64,000 bases of DNA from an uncultured Candidatus Saccharibacteria bacterium (GTDB lineage Bacteria > Patescibacteriota > Saccharimonadia > Saccharimonadales > JALRHH01), in contig CAZXDT010000001.1 of assembly GCA_964639295.1 (NCBI GenBank), positions 52,784 to 116,783 on the forward strand, in the 5' to 3' direction. This document shows positions 41,123 through 51,922 of the stretch, one piece after another; the stretch's first letter is position 1, and each line of letters starts with the position of its first letter. The notes under the pieces were generated by a model. That model saw only the letters and a list, made by a program, of their open reading frames with translations. It searched no databases and was not told the DNA's origin. Both the position numbers and the translations under genes were made by a program.

Positions 41123-42415
41123 CTAACGAGGTACGTTTGCGATGATGTTAGCCATCTTTTCGCCGAGCCATTTGTAGCCAGCAGGGGTCAAGTGTCCGTA
41201 AGTATCGCCAACGTATCCTTTTATTACGAGGCCATCATAGCCACCTGTAACATATTGTATGTCCCAGAGAGGCCAGTTGTTGTCATAGGCTAACTGGTAC
41301 AGCATGGTCATCAGTGGGTTGATATCTGTCTTGGTAAATTGAGATGAACCCTGAGCTACTGAAAGAAGAACAATATCGGAGTTAGGGTATAGCTTTGCTG
41401 TCTCAAAAATACCATCACGAATCGCACCAAGATTATTAGCATTCTTATTCAAGTCATTACCACCAAGTTCAATAAACACGGTGCTTGGCTGGCTAGAATA
41501 ATTTGTCGGATTATTAAACTGCGATGACATGGCAATCTTTGGATCACCCGCAACCGACCAGTCATCTTGTGTATCTCCCGTCACGCCAGAACCGCCCTGC
41601 GCAATATTGTGTGCAGCAATACCTTTATTGGAGTAGACTTCCGCACCAATAATTTGTGTACTGACACCAAAACTAACTGAAATTTTAACTTTATGAGCCT
41701 TGTTAGCCAGGCCAGTTTTTACAAATCGCTTAATGGTACCTGTTTTTGTACCCGTAACTGTAATAGCAGCGCCACCATCAATGCTCACCTTAAAAGTTCC
41801 AGAATCGTAGTAACTAATAGCAACGGTATTGCCAGCTACCGGGGTAAACCCTTTCGCTGCACTATCAAAAGTAGCTGAAGAGTTTGTCACATTTATATAA
41901 TGGCCTCTTGCCTGAACACCTACACCATTTGGACCAGGGCTCCAACGAGCATCAAAATATGGGCTAGAGTAGCCATTTAGCTCAAACGTACGCACTAGGC
42001 CAGTACTGCTTTCTACTGGTAAGTTCAGCTTTGTGTTAAGCAGGCGACGGTAATAGTAAGGCATGCTTTTATCACGATCAATCTTGCCTTGAAATGTTGG
42101 GGTTAAAGCATTCCAACCTGCTGTAATCGAATCTCCTACAAACACATGGTTCTGCTGACTTGTGGTAGCGTTAGCCAGTGACGCTCGAGTCCGTGCCATG
42201 TTGTCGGCTTTATAATTAAACATTCCTGTTGCAGGGTCGAACAGCGTAGTCAGATTAGCGGGCACATAAGAGGGCACACTTGTGTCTGCACGCACAAAAG
42301 GGAGCACGGCACAGGCTGCAAGCGCAGCGATGAGCACGGCCACAAGTCCTGTGCGCTTGTGATTAGTTTGCAGAGACTTAATACGTTTGGTTGGTTTTTT
42401 TGTTTGTTTTTTCAT
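41123..42415 (-). CDS. Secreted SGNH/GDSL hydrolase
   Basis: GDSIT, G.ND, D..GH. Confidence 0.8.
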   Translation of the reverse strand: MKKQTKKPTKRIKSLQTNHKRTGLVAVLIAALAACAVLPFVRADTSVPSYVPANLTTLFDPATGMFNYKADNMARTRASLANATTSQQNHVFVGDSITAGWNALTPTFQGKIDRDKSMPYYYRRLLNTKLNLPVESSTGLVRTFELNGYSSPYFDARWSPGPNGVGVQARGHYINVTNSSATFDSAAKGFTPVAGNTVAISYYDSGTFKVSIDGGAAITVTGTKTGTIKRFVKTGLANKAHKVKISVSFGVSTQIIGAEVYSNKGIAAHNIAQGGSGVTGDTQDDWSVAGDPKIAMSSQFNNPTNYSSQPSTVFIELGGNDLNKNANNLGAIRDGIFETAKLYPNSDIVLLSVAQGSSQFTKTDINPLMTMLYQLAYDNNWPLWDIQYVTGGYDGLVIKGYVGDTYGHLTPAGYKWLGEKMANIIANVPR

Positions 42416-42507
42416 ATTAAGTAAATTGTAACAGAATCTTTACACCGGTGCATAGTAAAATTGCATATTTTAGTACCCATTAACGCAAGACCTTCATGAT
42501 GGTTTTC

Positions 42508-42547
42508 TTGACGCATGCTTTCGATTTATATACCCTATGGGGGTATA
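42508..42547 (+). promoter_or_regulatory. Promoter with CsoR-type operator
   Basis: TTGACG-17-TACCCT overlapped by palindrome TATACCC-N5-GGGTATA. Confidence 0.75.
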
Positions 42548-42559
42548 GGAGATTACAAC

Positions 42560-43048
42560 ATGTGCAAAGATGGAACATGCGAACATGACCATTCAACAAT
42601 GAACACAAACAAGATGGCTGCCAGTGCAACACTACATTGTCTGGTTGGGTGTGCGATAGGAGAGGTACTTGGTATGATCCTGGGCGTCTCTTTTGGTATA
42701 AGCACATTCCAGACAGTCATCATAAGTACACTCTTGGCTTTTATCTTTGGTTTTACGCTGTCCGTACTCCCACTTTTGAAAGCAGGCATGAAGCTTTCTA
42801 AAGCTATGCCCGTAGTATTAACTGCTGACACTCTATCAATTACGACAATGGAGATTGTTGACAACTCAGTCATTGCCGCAATTCCTGGGGCACTACATGC
42901 CGGCCTGGTGAGCCCATTATTCTGGCTTACCATGCCTCTCAGCCTAATGGTTGCCTTCATCGCAGCGTATCCCGTAAACAAGATTTTAATTGCTAGGGGC
43001 AAGGGTCACGCATTAGTGATGGAACACCACGGCCCACACAGCCACTAA
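42560..43048 (+). CDS. DUF4396 membrane protein
   Basis: ATLHCLVGCAIGEV, DTLSITTMEIVDN, AYPVN. Confidence 0.85.
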   Translation: MCKDGTCEHDHSTMNTNKMAASATLHCLVGCAIGEVLGMILGVSFGISTFQTVIISTLLAFIFGFTLSVLPLLKAGMKLSKAMPVVLTADTLSITTMEIVDNSVIAAIPGALHAGLVSPLFWLTMPLSLMVAFIAAYPVNKILIARGKGHALVMEHHGPHSH

Positions 43049-43057
43049 GGAGAACAT

Positions 43058-43348
43058 ATGAACGATATTAAGTACGGATATGCAGATAACAAGGAACAGG
43101 TGCTCAAACGCCTTAAGCGAGCAGAGGGACAGGTCCGCGGCGTAGCACGCATGGTAGAGGAAGATACCTACTGTATCGACGTCCTTACACAAATCAGCGC
43201 CGTACAGGCCGCATTAGACAAAGTAGCCCTTGAGTTACTTCGCGACCATGCTCATCACTGCCTAACAAATGACTCGGTTCATGCGCAAGGTCATGGCAAC
43301 AAAGCCGATGAGCTTGTTAGTGCGATAAGCCGAATGCTATCAAGATAA
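43058..43348 (+). CDS. csoR: CsoR/RcnR family metal-sensing repressor
   Basis: RLKRAEGQVRG, YCIDVL, H...C ligands. Confidence 0.9.
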   Translation: MNDIKYGYADNKEQVLKRLKRAEGQVRGVARMVEEDTYCIDVLTQISAVQAALDKVALELLRDHAHHCLTNDSVHAQGHGNKADELVSAISRMLSR

Positions 43349-43362
43349 TTAAGGAGACTCGT

Positions 43363-43509
43363 ATGGAAACTAGACCACTGCTTTACGGATTAATTGGGTT
43401 CTTCATTGGCGGTCTGCTTGTTTCTGTTGCGGCGACAACCTTCGACAAGCCACAACAAGAAAATACACCCGCTAACAATACCATTATGTCCGAAGTGCAG
43501 AAGCACTAG
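43363..43509 (+). CDS. Small TM peptide (48 aa, not in ORF track)
   Basis: AAGGAG RBS; METRPLLYGLIGFFIGGLLVSVAATTFDK. Confidence 0.6.
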   Translation: METRPLLYGLIGFFIGGLLVSVAATTFDKPQQENTPANNTIMSEVQKH

Positions 43510-43528
43510 AATTTGGTATAGTTAATTT

Positions 43529-43795
43529 ATGAATAAAGTACAAATCGCTACTGGTGTAGTACATGAAGTGCCAGATGACTTATATAAAGCCCTAATATCT
43601 GATGAATCCGCACTAGAAAGATGGGAAGACCTCACTCCACTTGCGCGCAACGAATGGATCTGTTGGACGATAAATGTCAAAACAGACGAGACGAGAAAGA
43701 AACATGTTGAGCGCGTGATAGAAGAACTACTTGAAGGCGTGCGTCGCCCATGCTGTTGGGTTGGGTGTATGCATCGCACTAAGAACGGTAAGTAG
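43529..43795 (+). CDS. YdeI/OmpD-associated family protein
   Basis: VPDDL..AL, LTPLARNEWICW, RRPCCW. Confidence 0.85.
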   Translation: MNKVQIATGVVHEVPDDLYKALISDESALERWEDLTPLARNEWICWTINVKTDETRKKHVERVIEELLEGVRRPCCWVGCMHRTKNGK

Positions 43796-43820
43796 GTAAG
43801 TGGCCTGCTCGAGCTTCCTC

Positions 43821-44690
43821 TTACGCGGCGACAGGCTCACACACTATGGTTGGAACGCCAAGCTCAGATAATACATCTTGGTTTCTAATCGCAAAATCTT
43901 GATCAATCGTTTCTTCAGACAATACTTGGTGTCCTGTATGCATGGTTGTATTTGCGGCAGCAATTACCAAAGACCGCCCCTCAACTTGCAGCATCCCGGC
44001 GTCCATAGAAGTATTGTAGAAATCAGCCTGTCCAATATCAGTGCCTGAGCCAGTTTTATGAAGCCATTTAACTTCTGGCGGTAACTCTGCCTGAGCAACA
44101 CCAAAGAGACGAGCACTCCTCACTAGAAGATGTACGTCTTGATGCCATCCATGTTCATTTGATAAAGGCTTCCAACTGGTATCAGGGGACCAAATAGTTT
44201 TATAGTAATTCACAAATTCCTGCATGGTTGCCGCACCAACCTGAAAGGGTTGTTCCTGGTGGTTAACGCCAGGGAAGTGGATCTTTTCTGTCGCAAGCCA
44301 CATATCACCAAGCCCTAAGGTATTACGAATCAATGCATTGACTGTATCTTGGCCATCTAAGTAGTCAATGAGAGCATTAGTTGCCACACAGTCACTTGCA
44401 CCAGTACTGAGCTGAACTATCGAGCGTAAGTTCAGGTGAATCGGTGACACCTCAGATTCGTTATCTAGACAGTGTTTCAGTTCTCCACTACCGTTAGAGT
44501 AGTGGTCGTGGGTAATGGACATACTAAATAGGTCAATGTCTCTGTCAGTACGTGCAGCGGCCTCCAAGGCAAGTGTTCCGACCACAGATTTAATACCACT
44601 CATCGTTTCGAAAAGTGTCTGGTTATTCTCCCCGTATGTTTGATTACTGCCCAGCTCATGAACAGCAATGCCATACTTTGTTTCAATCAT
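43821..44690 (-). CDS. Serine hydrolase, class A beta-lactamase-like (no signal peptide)
   Basis: SGIK, SDC, HKTG. Confidence 0.75.
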   Translation of the reverse strand: MIETKYGIAVHELGSNQTYGENNQTLFETMSGIKSVVGTLALEAAARTDRDIDLFSMSITHDHYSNGSGELKHCLDNESEVSPIHLNLRSIVQLSTGASDCVATNALIDYLDGQDTVNALIRNTLGLGDMWLATEKIHFPGVNHQEQPFQVGAATMQEFVNYYKTIWSPDTSWKPLSNEHGWHQDVHLLVRSARLFGVAQAELPPEVKWLHKTGSGTDIGQADFYNTSMDAGMLQVEGRSLVIAAANTTMHTGHQVLSEETIDQDFAIRNQDVLSELGVPTIVCEPVAA

Positions 44691-44736
44691 TACAATATTA
44701 AAACATAATTATGACTAATGTTCAATGTTTGGGTGT

Positions 44737-44925
44737 CTAGCCAATGAATTTGAGGAGATCATAGACCACAAATGCTGGCCAAACGATCGCCTTAAGTAGT
44801 GCACCTATGGTTGGCCAGAAGCTACTGGCTTGCTGCACCCAAAATACTGCCGAGCCGATCATCCCAAGAAAATACGCACCATGACCACCTGAGTTTCCAG
44901 GGGTCATTTTGTTACTATGCTTCAT
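44737..44925 (-). CDS. Small membrane protein
   Basis: AGGAGG RBS; YFLGMIG..LKAIVWP. Confidence 0.7.
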   Translation of the reverse strand: MKHSNKMTPGNSGGHGAYFLGMIGSAVFWVQQASSFWPTIGALLKAIVWPAFVVYDLLKFIG

Positions 44926-44990
44926 AAGATTATCCTCCTTCAATCCAGTATGCTACTTCTACGCATAACTTACAATTAACATTTAGTCGA

Positions 44991-45635
44991 CTACTGTTGC
45001 TTAACTGGCTCGTAGTGCAGAGTTCCAACCACCTCTTCGACCAATTCGCGCTGGTCCTTGTCACCATCAAGAACAAAGTAACTCAAGGTCACATCAAGAT
45101 CGTCTTTTACAAAATAGTAGGTATAGTCTCTCTCTCCACCCTTCATTACATAACTACCAATCTTCTCACCTGCAGAGAATTGGTGAAAGTATTGGTATCC
45201 ACTGAGGGTATCCGTTTTGAAACTTGTTTTCTTATACGTGTTGTATTCGTCTGGGAAAAGTGATGAGTCACCGTAGCTTACTGAAAAACGCTCTATGTCA
45301 CGATCCACAATTTTATCGGTATAAACCGTCCCTACATTTGCGTCATAAGTGAGTTCATCAACGAATATACTTCCGCTAGCAAAATCTTTGCGTGCAATCT
45401 GCCAGCCTGAAGGGATAACAACACTCCATGTCGGTCCAAAAAATGTCTTTAACCTAAGTCTCTCGCCAGTATACGACTGGGTCTTACTATGCTGCATTCC
45501 TTGGCTGGTCGGCATATCTTGCTTAGTAGCAAGTTTGACCACCACAACTATTCCCAGGAAGACAAACAAGGTCATAAAGACAGCAAGGTATTTATATCTT
45601 TTAGGAGTAGTACGATTTTTTTGTTTCTTGCTCAT
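44991..45635 (-). CDS. Membrane-anchored hypothetical protein (PsbP-like)
   Basis: Basic N-terminus with TM; P.GW motif. Confidence 0.55.
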   Translation of the reverse strand: MSKKQKNRTTPKRYKYLAVFMTLFVFLGIVVVVKLATKQDMPTSQGMQHSKTQSYTGERLRLKTFFGPTWSVVIPSGWQIARKDFASGSIFVDELTYDANVGTVYTDKIVDRDIERFSVSYGDSSLFPDEYNTYKKTSFKTDTLSGYQYFHQFSAGEKIGSYVMKGGERDYTYYFVKDDLDVTLSYFVLDGDKDQRELVEEVVGTLHYEPVKQQ

Positions 45636-45745
45636 AGAAATAATAATAACACCCTACGTTGTTAAGCGGGTGCGAACAGAGCAATCTGGTCCTTAGTGAA
45701 AAAGTGTTCACTGATTAAGTTTGTCCGCTCCGGCATGATTGGGGC

Positions 45746-46474
45746 ATGACAAAACTACCATTTTCAAACTTCGATTTACCAAGACAACACCTGAGCGGTG
45801 AAGGACACTACATCCCACCCCGTGCACGTGATAATGACGAGATTGCCCGGAGGCGATCATTGCCAGCTGGCGTTGTACTACTTGAGCAGCAGAGACGAGG
45901 CCTCCAAGTTGCCGGCAATATACTCACGCTCGTTGAGGCAGATGAAGATCTCAAATTTACCACCAAGCTGCTCGGCATGGCAGCACTTAATACTGGCTGG
46001 TATGCATTCGCGCAAAACGCACCAGACGTTATGCGTCGTCGCTTACTGCTACCTAAATTAGCAGACCACGAGACTGATTGGCGCCAAACTACAGAAGGAC
46101 TCCGCGCAGATACGATGAAAGGAATCACTATCGCCGAAGAAACCGCATCTATCATGGTTGAAAGGCATGCAAATAGAAGCCGTATCCCAGTGATACCTGC
46201 TGCCCTTGGCCGCCGCATGGGTAATGTGTCGTTGCAACTTGCAGCCATACACCATGGTGCAGTAAACGTTGCTGGTGATGCATTTGATGTACAAAAGCAT
46301 GTGCGTGATACTTCACTAGATATACTCGAAGCGGCAAGGGAATTCGGTATCGCCACTGGCTCGCACCCATCGATAGCACAACTAGCTGATCCTGATAGTC
46401 CATTAGCCGTTCACTGGCGCAGGGAAGCACCAAATGGGGCATACGAGGCCTATGAGGCAGCAATCGCTAGCTAG
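45746..46474 (+). CDS. Hypothetical protein
   Basis: 242-aa ORF convergent with the next gene. Confidence 0.6.
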   Translation: MTKLPFSNFDLPRQHLSGEGHYIPPRARDNDEIARRRSLPAGVVLLEQQRRGLQVAGNILTLVEADEDLKFTTKLLGMAALNTGWYAFAQNAPDVMRRRLLLPKLADHETDWRQTTEGLRADTMKGITIAEETASIMVERHANRSRIPVIPAALGRRMGNVSLQLAAIHHGAVNVAGDAFDVQKHVRDTSLDILEAAREFGIATGSHPSIAQLADPDSPLAVHWRREAPNGAYEAYEAAIAS

Positions 46475-47132
46475 AGAAATCTTCTTCTAAATAGAACAAC
46501 CCTGGTTGGGCGAGCTTATCAACAAACAAAGGGATACTCGGCAACAGATCACTAGAGCTAAAGTCTGGATCTGTCTGCCAGTAGTACTCTGCTAACTCGT
46601 CCAGTTGCTGCAACTCGCCTTTAGGGTCCAAACATTCAAGCATCGTAAAGTGCGTAAAGCTCTCTAAATTGTCTGACTCGTACATACGTAAGTAACCGCT
46701 TCCCCGAACGGTGAACTCACCATCTAGACCAACCTTACGTAGCAATTCCTTCTGCGCGGTCACGTCTGCATGTTCAATAAAATCTGAATGAGCGTGCATA
46801 AATCCAACACGGTCGAGTAGTGGGTGGGTCTTACGGCGACAAAGCAGCCAAGCGCCGTCGCTACGCTTAACAACTAGGAACAACACTGAAAGAGCACGGT
46901 CGAGAAATTGATCATTCTTCTTAATAACCTCTTTACCGACACGTCGGCCCTTAGACGTAAGAGCATACTCGCCCGAATCCGCTTTAATAACAAAGCCAGC
47001 GGCGATAACTTTTTTCAGATGATAATCGAACAGTTTGTTCTCTAAACCATCTGGCTTAAGGTCGCTAAACCGCATGCTTTCTGCCAATGCCAAAGCATAT
47101 ACAATGTTCTTCTGAATATAATGATCCAACAT
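46467..47132 (-). CDS. wHTH + degenerate NUDIX-fold protein
   Basis: RFSDL..YHLKK..Y.LT.KG HTH; NUDIX-like C-terminus. Confidence 0.7.
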   Translation of the reverse strand: MLDHYIQKNIVYALALAESMRFSDLKPDGLENKLFDYHLKKVIAAGFVIKADSGEYALTSKGRRVGKEVIKKNDQFLDRALSVLFLVVKRSDGAWLLCRRKTHPLLDRVGFMHAHSDFIEHADVTAQKELLRKVGLDGEFTVRGSGYLRMYESDNLESFTHFTMLECLDPKGELQQLDELAEYYWQTDPDFSSSDLLPSIPLFVDKLAQPGLFYLEEDFSS

Positions 47133-47199
47133 ACCCCTAGTATAACTGAGTAGGCGATTTGTTTGTTCCATCAGTTACTGACATGTCATAATTATCGCT

Positions 47200-47775
47200 A
47201 TGTCATCTGAAGCATTACTGCACCTACTCCTCACATTCAAATACCTAGCGCTCTATCTAATAGTTATCTTTGAAGGGTTCTTTGCCACCATAGCTGGCGG
47301 GGCACTTTCTGCACAAGGTGTTATGAATGTAGTCATTGTCTGCCTGGTTGTTATAGCAGGGGACATGACGAGTGACTTTATCTTCTACACCTTTGGCAAA
47401 CGAATGAGTCGGCATAAGTGGGCGCGATTTATAGGGCTATCCCCAGCTCAAATAGTAAAAGTTGAGCGAATATTTAAACGCCAAGGCGCTCCGCACACCA
47501 TCATCCTGGCAAAACTCAGTAGCCACCTTGCTATACCTGTAATAGTGGCAGCTGGTGCCATCCACATGCCAAAACAACGATTCTATGCATATTGTGGTGT
47601 TGCAGCTACCATCAAGGCCACAGTACTAGTTGGGCTTGGGTTCTACTTTGGTTCTGAGATACATAACTTAGTAAATGCCGTAGTTATTGCCTCTGTGGGC
47701 ATATCAATTGTCGTACTTACTTATTGGATAGGCTCCCATATGCTAGAAGCCAACAAAACCCGCCGCGAATCCTAA
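47200..47775 (+). CDS. DedA family membrane protein
   Basis: EG, GD...Y.FG, AAGA..M. Confidence 0.85.
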   Translation: MSSEALLHLLLTFKYLALYLIVIFEGFFATIAGGALSAQGVMNVVIVCLVVIAGDMTSDFIFYTFGKRMSRHKWARFIGLSPAQIVKVERIFKRQGAPHTIILAKLSSHLAIPVIVAAGAIHMPKQRFYAYCGVAATIKATVLVGLGFYFGSEIHNLVNAVVIASVGISIVVLTYWIGSHMLEANKTRRES

Positions 47776-47778
47776 ACT

Positions 47779-49437
47779 TTACTCGCCAATTGGGATAGTT
47801 TCGCCGCCCATTTTTTGGGCGAAGTAACTATCATGAGAGATGTAAATAACCGCACCATGGTAATCTGCCATGGCGTTTTCTAATTCCTCAATGCTTGGTA
47901 GGTCAAGATGGTTAGTTGGCTCATCAAGAATCAAGATCTGTGGGTCATTAACAAGCATTCTGATTAACTGGAAGCGAGCTTTTTGGCCACCACTCAAACG
48001 ACTAATTGGCATGTCACCGTCAGTCATTGGGTTAAATAGGTAATCACCAAGTAGTTGTTTGACCTTCTGGTCATTGATTGGCACATCGTGATCGAAGTAG
48101 ACGCGTTCAATGGCTTCGGCCAGCTTGAGGGGTAAGTACTTTTCGTCAATTTCTTGTTCGTACAAACCGAGTCGTAAGTCTTTCTCGACTGCCAATGTAC
48201 CAGCAAACTTTTGGCAGGCAAGTGGTTTATCAGCAACCTGAGACATGATGGCGTTTACTAGCGTCGTCTTACCAGCACCGTTACGGCCGTGCAAACGAAT
48301 ACGCTGACCTTCATGCAGGCTAAAGTCGATATTTTCAAACAAAGGCTTATCATCGTAACCCAAGCTGAGCTTACTCGCCTGGACAATGAGTCGTTCTGAC
48401 TTAACTGCCTTGGCATTTGTATTAAGTGAAATATTCTTTGCCTTGTACTTATCGTAGGCGACTGTCATCTTAGTACCGAGCTCGTCCGCAGACTCACGGT
48501 CAATCCAGAACGAAGGTTTGCTTAGCTTTTCGAGCTGGGCCAGTTCAGCAGAAGCTTTCATTTCTGATGACTTGAAACGCTGGATAGTACCAGGGTCACG
48601 AGATTTTTCCTTAAGTCTACGGAAACGGATAACATCATCTTTAAGATTACGGATACGCTTTTGAGTTAAGTCATATTCATTAACCTGGGATGTCATCTGG
48701 TTCTTATTAATACGCAGATATTGAGCATAATTACCCTTAAAGGTGTAGGCTTGCCCATCGCGGATCTCAATAATCTTATCCACGACACTCAGTACATCAC
48801 GGTCGTGTGTAATGACCATAACGGCCTCCTGAGCTGATTTGAGCCACTTAGTGAAGGCTTGCTTGGCAACATAGTCCATGTGGTTGGTTGGTTCATCAAT
48901 CAATGCTAGGTGACCACGTGATCGCTGTACCTTAATAAGCTCCGTCATACGCTTTTGGCCACCAGAGAGCTCGCCAACCTTACCGTAGAGCTTACTCGGG
49001 TCAATTTGGTAGGCGGTAAAGGCTTGTTCTAGTTCATCTTCAATTTGGTAATAACCCAATTGCGTAAAGCGTTCCAACGCATCGCTATACTCTTGAATTT
49101 TACGAGTATTGTCCCCCATGTGCTCGGGGTAGGTGGTAATAATGTCGTGTAACTTCACGAATTCAGGCAAATCACCCTGGATGTACTCTAGGACTGTCTT
49201 ATTATCGAATCCGTGGTGCTCCTGGCGGCTACTAATAATGGTCATGCCACTCTTGAGCTTGATCTCGCCCTGGTAGTCTTTATCATCACCGGTCACAAGG
49301 TGGAGTAGGGTAGATTTGCCTGTGCCGTTGCGACCAACAAGCCCAACCTTCTCATTTGGTTGCACGTCAAACTGCAGATTGGTATATAACACTTTTCCGC
49401 CAAATGACTTTTCTGATACAGCTACAGACAATAACAT
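47779..49437 (-). CDS. ABC-F family ATPase
   Basis: Two NBDs (GRNGTGKS, GRNGAGKT, LSGGQK, DEPTNH), no TM. Confidence 0.93.
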   Translation of the reverse strand: MLLSVAVSEKSFGGKVLYTNLQFDVQPNEKVGLVGRNGTGKSTLLHLVTGDDKDYQGEIKLKSGMTIISSRQEHHGFDNKTVLEYIQGDLPEFVKLHDIITTYPEHMGDNTRKIQEYSDALERFTQLGYYQIEDELEQAFTAYQIDPSKLYGKVGELSGGQKRMTELIKVQRSRGHLALIDEPTNHMDYVAKQAFTKWLKSAQEAVMVITHDRDVLSVVDKIIEIRDGQAYTFKGNYAQYLRINKNQMTSQVNEYDLTQKRIRNLKDDVIRFRRLKEKSRDPGTIQRFKSSEMKASAELAQLEKLSKPSFWIDRESADELGTKMTVAYDKYKAKNISLNTNAKAVKSERLIVQASKLSLGYDDKPLFENIDFSLHEGQRIRLHGRNGAGKTTLVNAIMSQVADKPLACQKFAGTLAVEKDLRLGLYEQEIDEKYLPLKLAEAIERVYFDHDVPINDQKVKQLLGDYLFNPMTDGDMPISRLSGGQKARFQLIRMLVNDPQILILDEPTNHLDLPSIEELENAMADYHGAVIYISHDSYFAQKMGGETIPIGE

Positions 49438-49592
49438 AACTGACCTATTGTATAGGAGTTAGTGGCTTTTGTGTAACAGATGGGACGAGTCAGCAAGAAA
49501 AGCTTACAATATAAAGAGCTTGTGCTATTAACAACAAACACTTAAAATTGCCTTAGATATTCATACCCTGCGTTTCAGAGGAGCGCCAAAAC

Positions 49593-50963
49593 ATGAGATT
49601 AAAAAAACAAGTCACGTCTAGAAATAAAAAACAGTCTAAGAAACAAAACAAAGTTATCAGGTGGATATCAAGCCACACAGTTGTTACTGCAATTCTATCG
49701 ATTGCTATCTTTGGTGGTATAGGTGCATACATCATCACTGCCTCCCAGGCAGCTACCGTTAGTAACGTGCGCGTCAGCACGAGCTTGGGCTGCAGGCTCG
49801 TTGGTCGTGTGTGGGATGGTGACTCTTGTAACTACGGTGCAGTGGGGTCAAGTGCACCATGTATCTCGAAAGCAGAGACCTATAGGGAAATTACTGGTAC
49901 TGACAAAAACACTCGTGGCTATTGTACGAATTCAGTTGCACTAAGTATTGGCCAGAGTTCTTGTGTGGATACCCTGCACAGAATGTATGTCTACCAGATC
50001 GGTTGTGCGAGGCGCATTGACCAAAATAACACTGCCAATGCAGTACAGTGTCAACCTGACTATCCAAACTATGTTGCCAATGTCTCTACCGACTACTGCA
50101 AAAAACCAACAACAACTACAACAACGACAGGTATCGATACCACAAACAAAGATGCAGTTAATAACGCCTACAAGAGCCTTTGGGTTTCTGGCCAAAGCGT
50201 AACCTCAGGTTGGACCGGCTCAGTGAATGGATGTAAGGCAGGAACAATAACTGCTGCTGCACAGACGGCACACGTAAATGCAGTCAACTTCGTACGACGC
50301 ATGGTTGGACTAGGTTCAATTAGCGCATCGACAAACACAGCCGGTGTGCAATCTGCAGCGCTCATGATGGAAGCCAACGGATCCTTGTCACACTCACCAC
50401 CGACGACTTGGATTTGCTATACAGATGCCGGTAAGTCTGCAGCCGGTAAATCAGACATTGCACTTGCATTTCCAACAATTAACCCCGTAAAATCAGTCGA
50501 CCTATACATGAAAGACCCGGGTGACAGTAATCAAGCCGCCGGTCACCGCCGTTGGATTCTTAACCCACCAACATCTTCTATGGCATTCGGAATGACTACA
50601 GCCGCTTCAGCAATTCAAGTTATTGGACTTTCGCAAGATAACACTGCAAATCCTGCGTGGGTACAGTGGCCAAGTGATGGTTATTTTCCTGACGCTATTG
50701 AACCAAATGGTCGTTGGTCATTATCATCAGGTAACAACACTGCATCATTCACAAATGCTACTGTGACTGTCACACACAACGGAACTAATGTTCCCGTAAC
50801 AAAGTTTGCCCCCCACACAGGTTACGCAAAGCCAACACTCGTATGGCAAATGCCTGCAGGGTTTGCAAAGACAGGAACCTATACTGTCAGTGTTAAGAAT
50901 GTGGTGATCGGTAGCACGGCTTATAGCAGCTCCTATAATGTCACTTTCTTTACTCCTTACTAG
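49593..50963 (+). CDS. Secreted Cys-rich + CAP-domain protein
   Basis: N..R...GL, LSH.P, GHRRW; Thr linker. Confidence 0.75.
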   Translation: MRLKKQVTSRNKKQSKKQNKVIRWISSHTVVTAILSIAIFGGIGAYIITASQAATVSNVRVSTSLGCRLVGRVWDGDSCNYGAVGSSAPCISKAETYREITGTDKNTRGYCTNSVALSIGQSSCVDTLHRMYVYQIGCARRIDQNNTANAVQCQPDYPNYVANVSTDYCKKPTTTTTTTGIDTTNKDAVNNAYKSLWVSGQSVTSGWTGSVNGCKAGTITAAAQTAHVNAVNFVRRMVGLGSISASTNTAGVQSAALMMEANGSLSHSPPTTWICYTDAGKSAAGKSDIALAFPTINPVKSVDLYMKDPGDSNQAAGHRRWILNPPTSSMAFGMTTAASAIQVIGLSQDNTANPAWVQWPSDGYFPDAIEPNGRWSLSSGNNTASFTNATVTVTHNGTNVPVTKFAPHTGYAKPTLVWQMPAGFAKTGTYTVSVKNVVIGSTAYSSSYNVTFFTPY

Positions 50964-50978
50964 TTATCAATACAACTG

Positions 50979-51008
50979 AAAAACAGGGTGATATCACCCT
51001 GTTTTTTT
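50979..51008 (+). terminator. Intrinsic terminator
   Basis: AAAAACAGGGTGAT/ATCACCCTGTTTTT. Confidence 0.8.
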
Positions 51009-51009
51009 A

Positions 51010-51025
51010 TGTAATTTAAATCACA
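51010..51025. promoter_or_regulatory. CRP/FNR-type box
   Basis: TGTAA-TTTAAA-TCACA. Confidence 0.45.
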
Positions 51026-51159
51026 TCCAAGTAGTAGCAGCGCTTACAGCGTTTATATCCCCATAAGCCTATAGTAAAAGTATCGGTTGAGACCAGGGAT
51101 AATCCTACCAACCACAAGGACAAATATATCGCTCTATGGAAAAGAGCGGGGGGTTTGTG

Positions 51160-51864
51160 ATGCCAAAATTCAATAGATTACGTACTACAGCAACCATGAC
51201 ACTGTCAGTGGTAATACTTAGCTTTGGCGGCATAAACACAGTGCTCGGAGGGACTGCGTCAGCGGTGAGTGATATAGTGCTCGTAACCCTCACTAACAAT
51301 CAGCGTGCAGCGAATGGCTTACAACCATTGTCATGGAACGGAAGCCTCAGCCAATCTGCTGCACTCAAGGCTCAAGATATGTGTATTAAAGACTACTGGG
51401 CGCATGATAGCCCCGATGGACTAACACCATGGGCATTCATGGACAGGGCAGGTTACCCCTATGCAACTGCCGGAGAAAATTTAGCTAAGAATTACGCAAC
51501 TGACGAAGGGGTCATAACCGGCTGGATGAACAGTCCTGGACACCGTGAGAACATACTCAAGACAAGTTTTACCGACATTGGAATCGCCAGTGTGCAATGT
51601 GTCATGCAGGGAGTACAAACTACGTTGGTTGTTGCTCACTATGGCAGTACAGGCCGACAGTCAGTAGCCAAAACACCTCAAGCAGCAGCTCCAAAAATAC
51701 ATACTACAGTACCCGTACAACAACCCGTCACCCCAGTAGCACAATCTTCACCGGCGGTTAAGACAGATAGTATTGTGCAAACTTCTAAAGTACACAAACA
51801 AACTATGGTGGAAATAATCACAAGCTTACAGAAACTACTAAATACATCGACAATCATTAAGTAG
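51160..51864 (+). CDS. CAP domain secreted protein
   Basis: YWAH, GENLA, WMNSPGHRENIL. Confidence 0.9.
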   Translation: MPKFNRLRTTATMTLSVVILSFGGINTVLGGTASAVSDIVLVTLTNNQRAANGLQPLSWNGSLSQSAALKAQDMCIKDYWAHDSPDGLTPWAFMDRAGYPYATAGENLAKNYATDEGVITGWMNSPGHRENILKTSFTDIGIASVQCVMQGVQTTLVVAHYGSTGRQSVAKTPQAAAPKIHTTVPVQQPVTPVAQSSPAVKTDSIVQTSKVHKQTMVEIITSLQKLLNTSTIIK

Positions 51865-51922
51865 ATCCTTTGTGTAGTGCCCGATAAAACGTAGCTTACT
51901 AAACCAGGATTCTGGGCAGGCA

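Noticed and set aside
45694-45712. CRP box GTGA...TCAC
   Set aside because: Spacing does not fit the N6 consensus.
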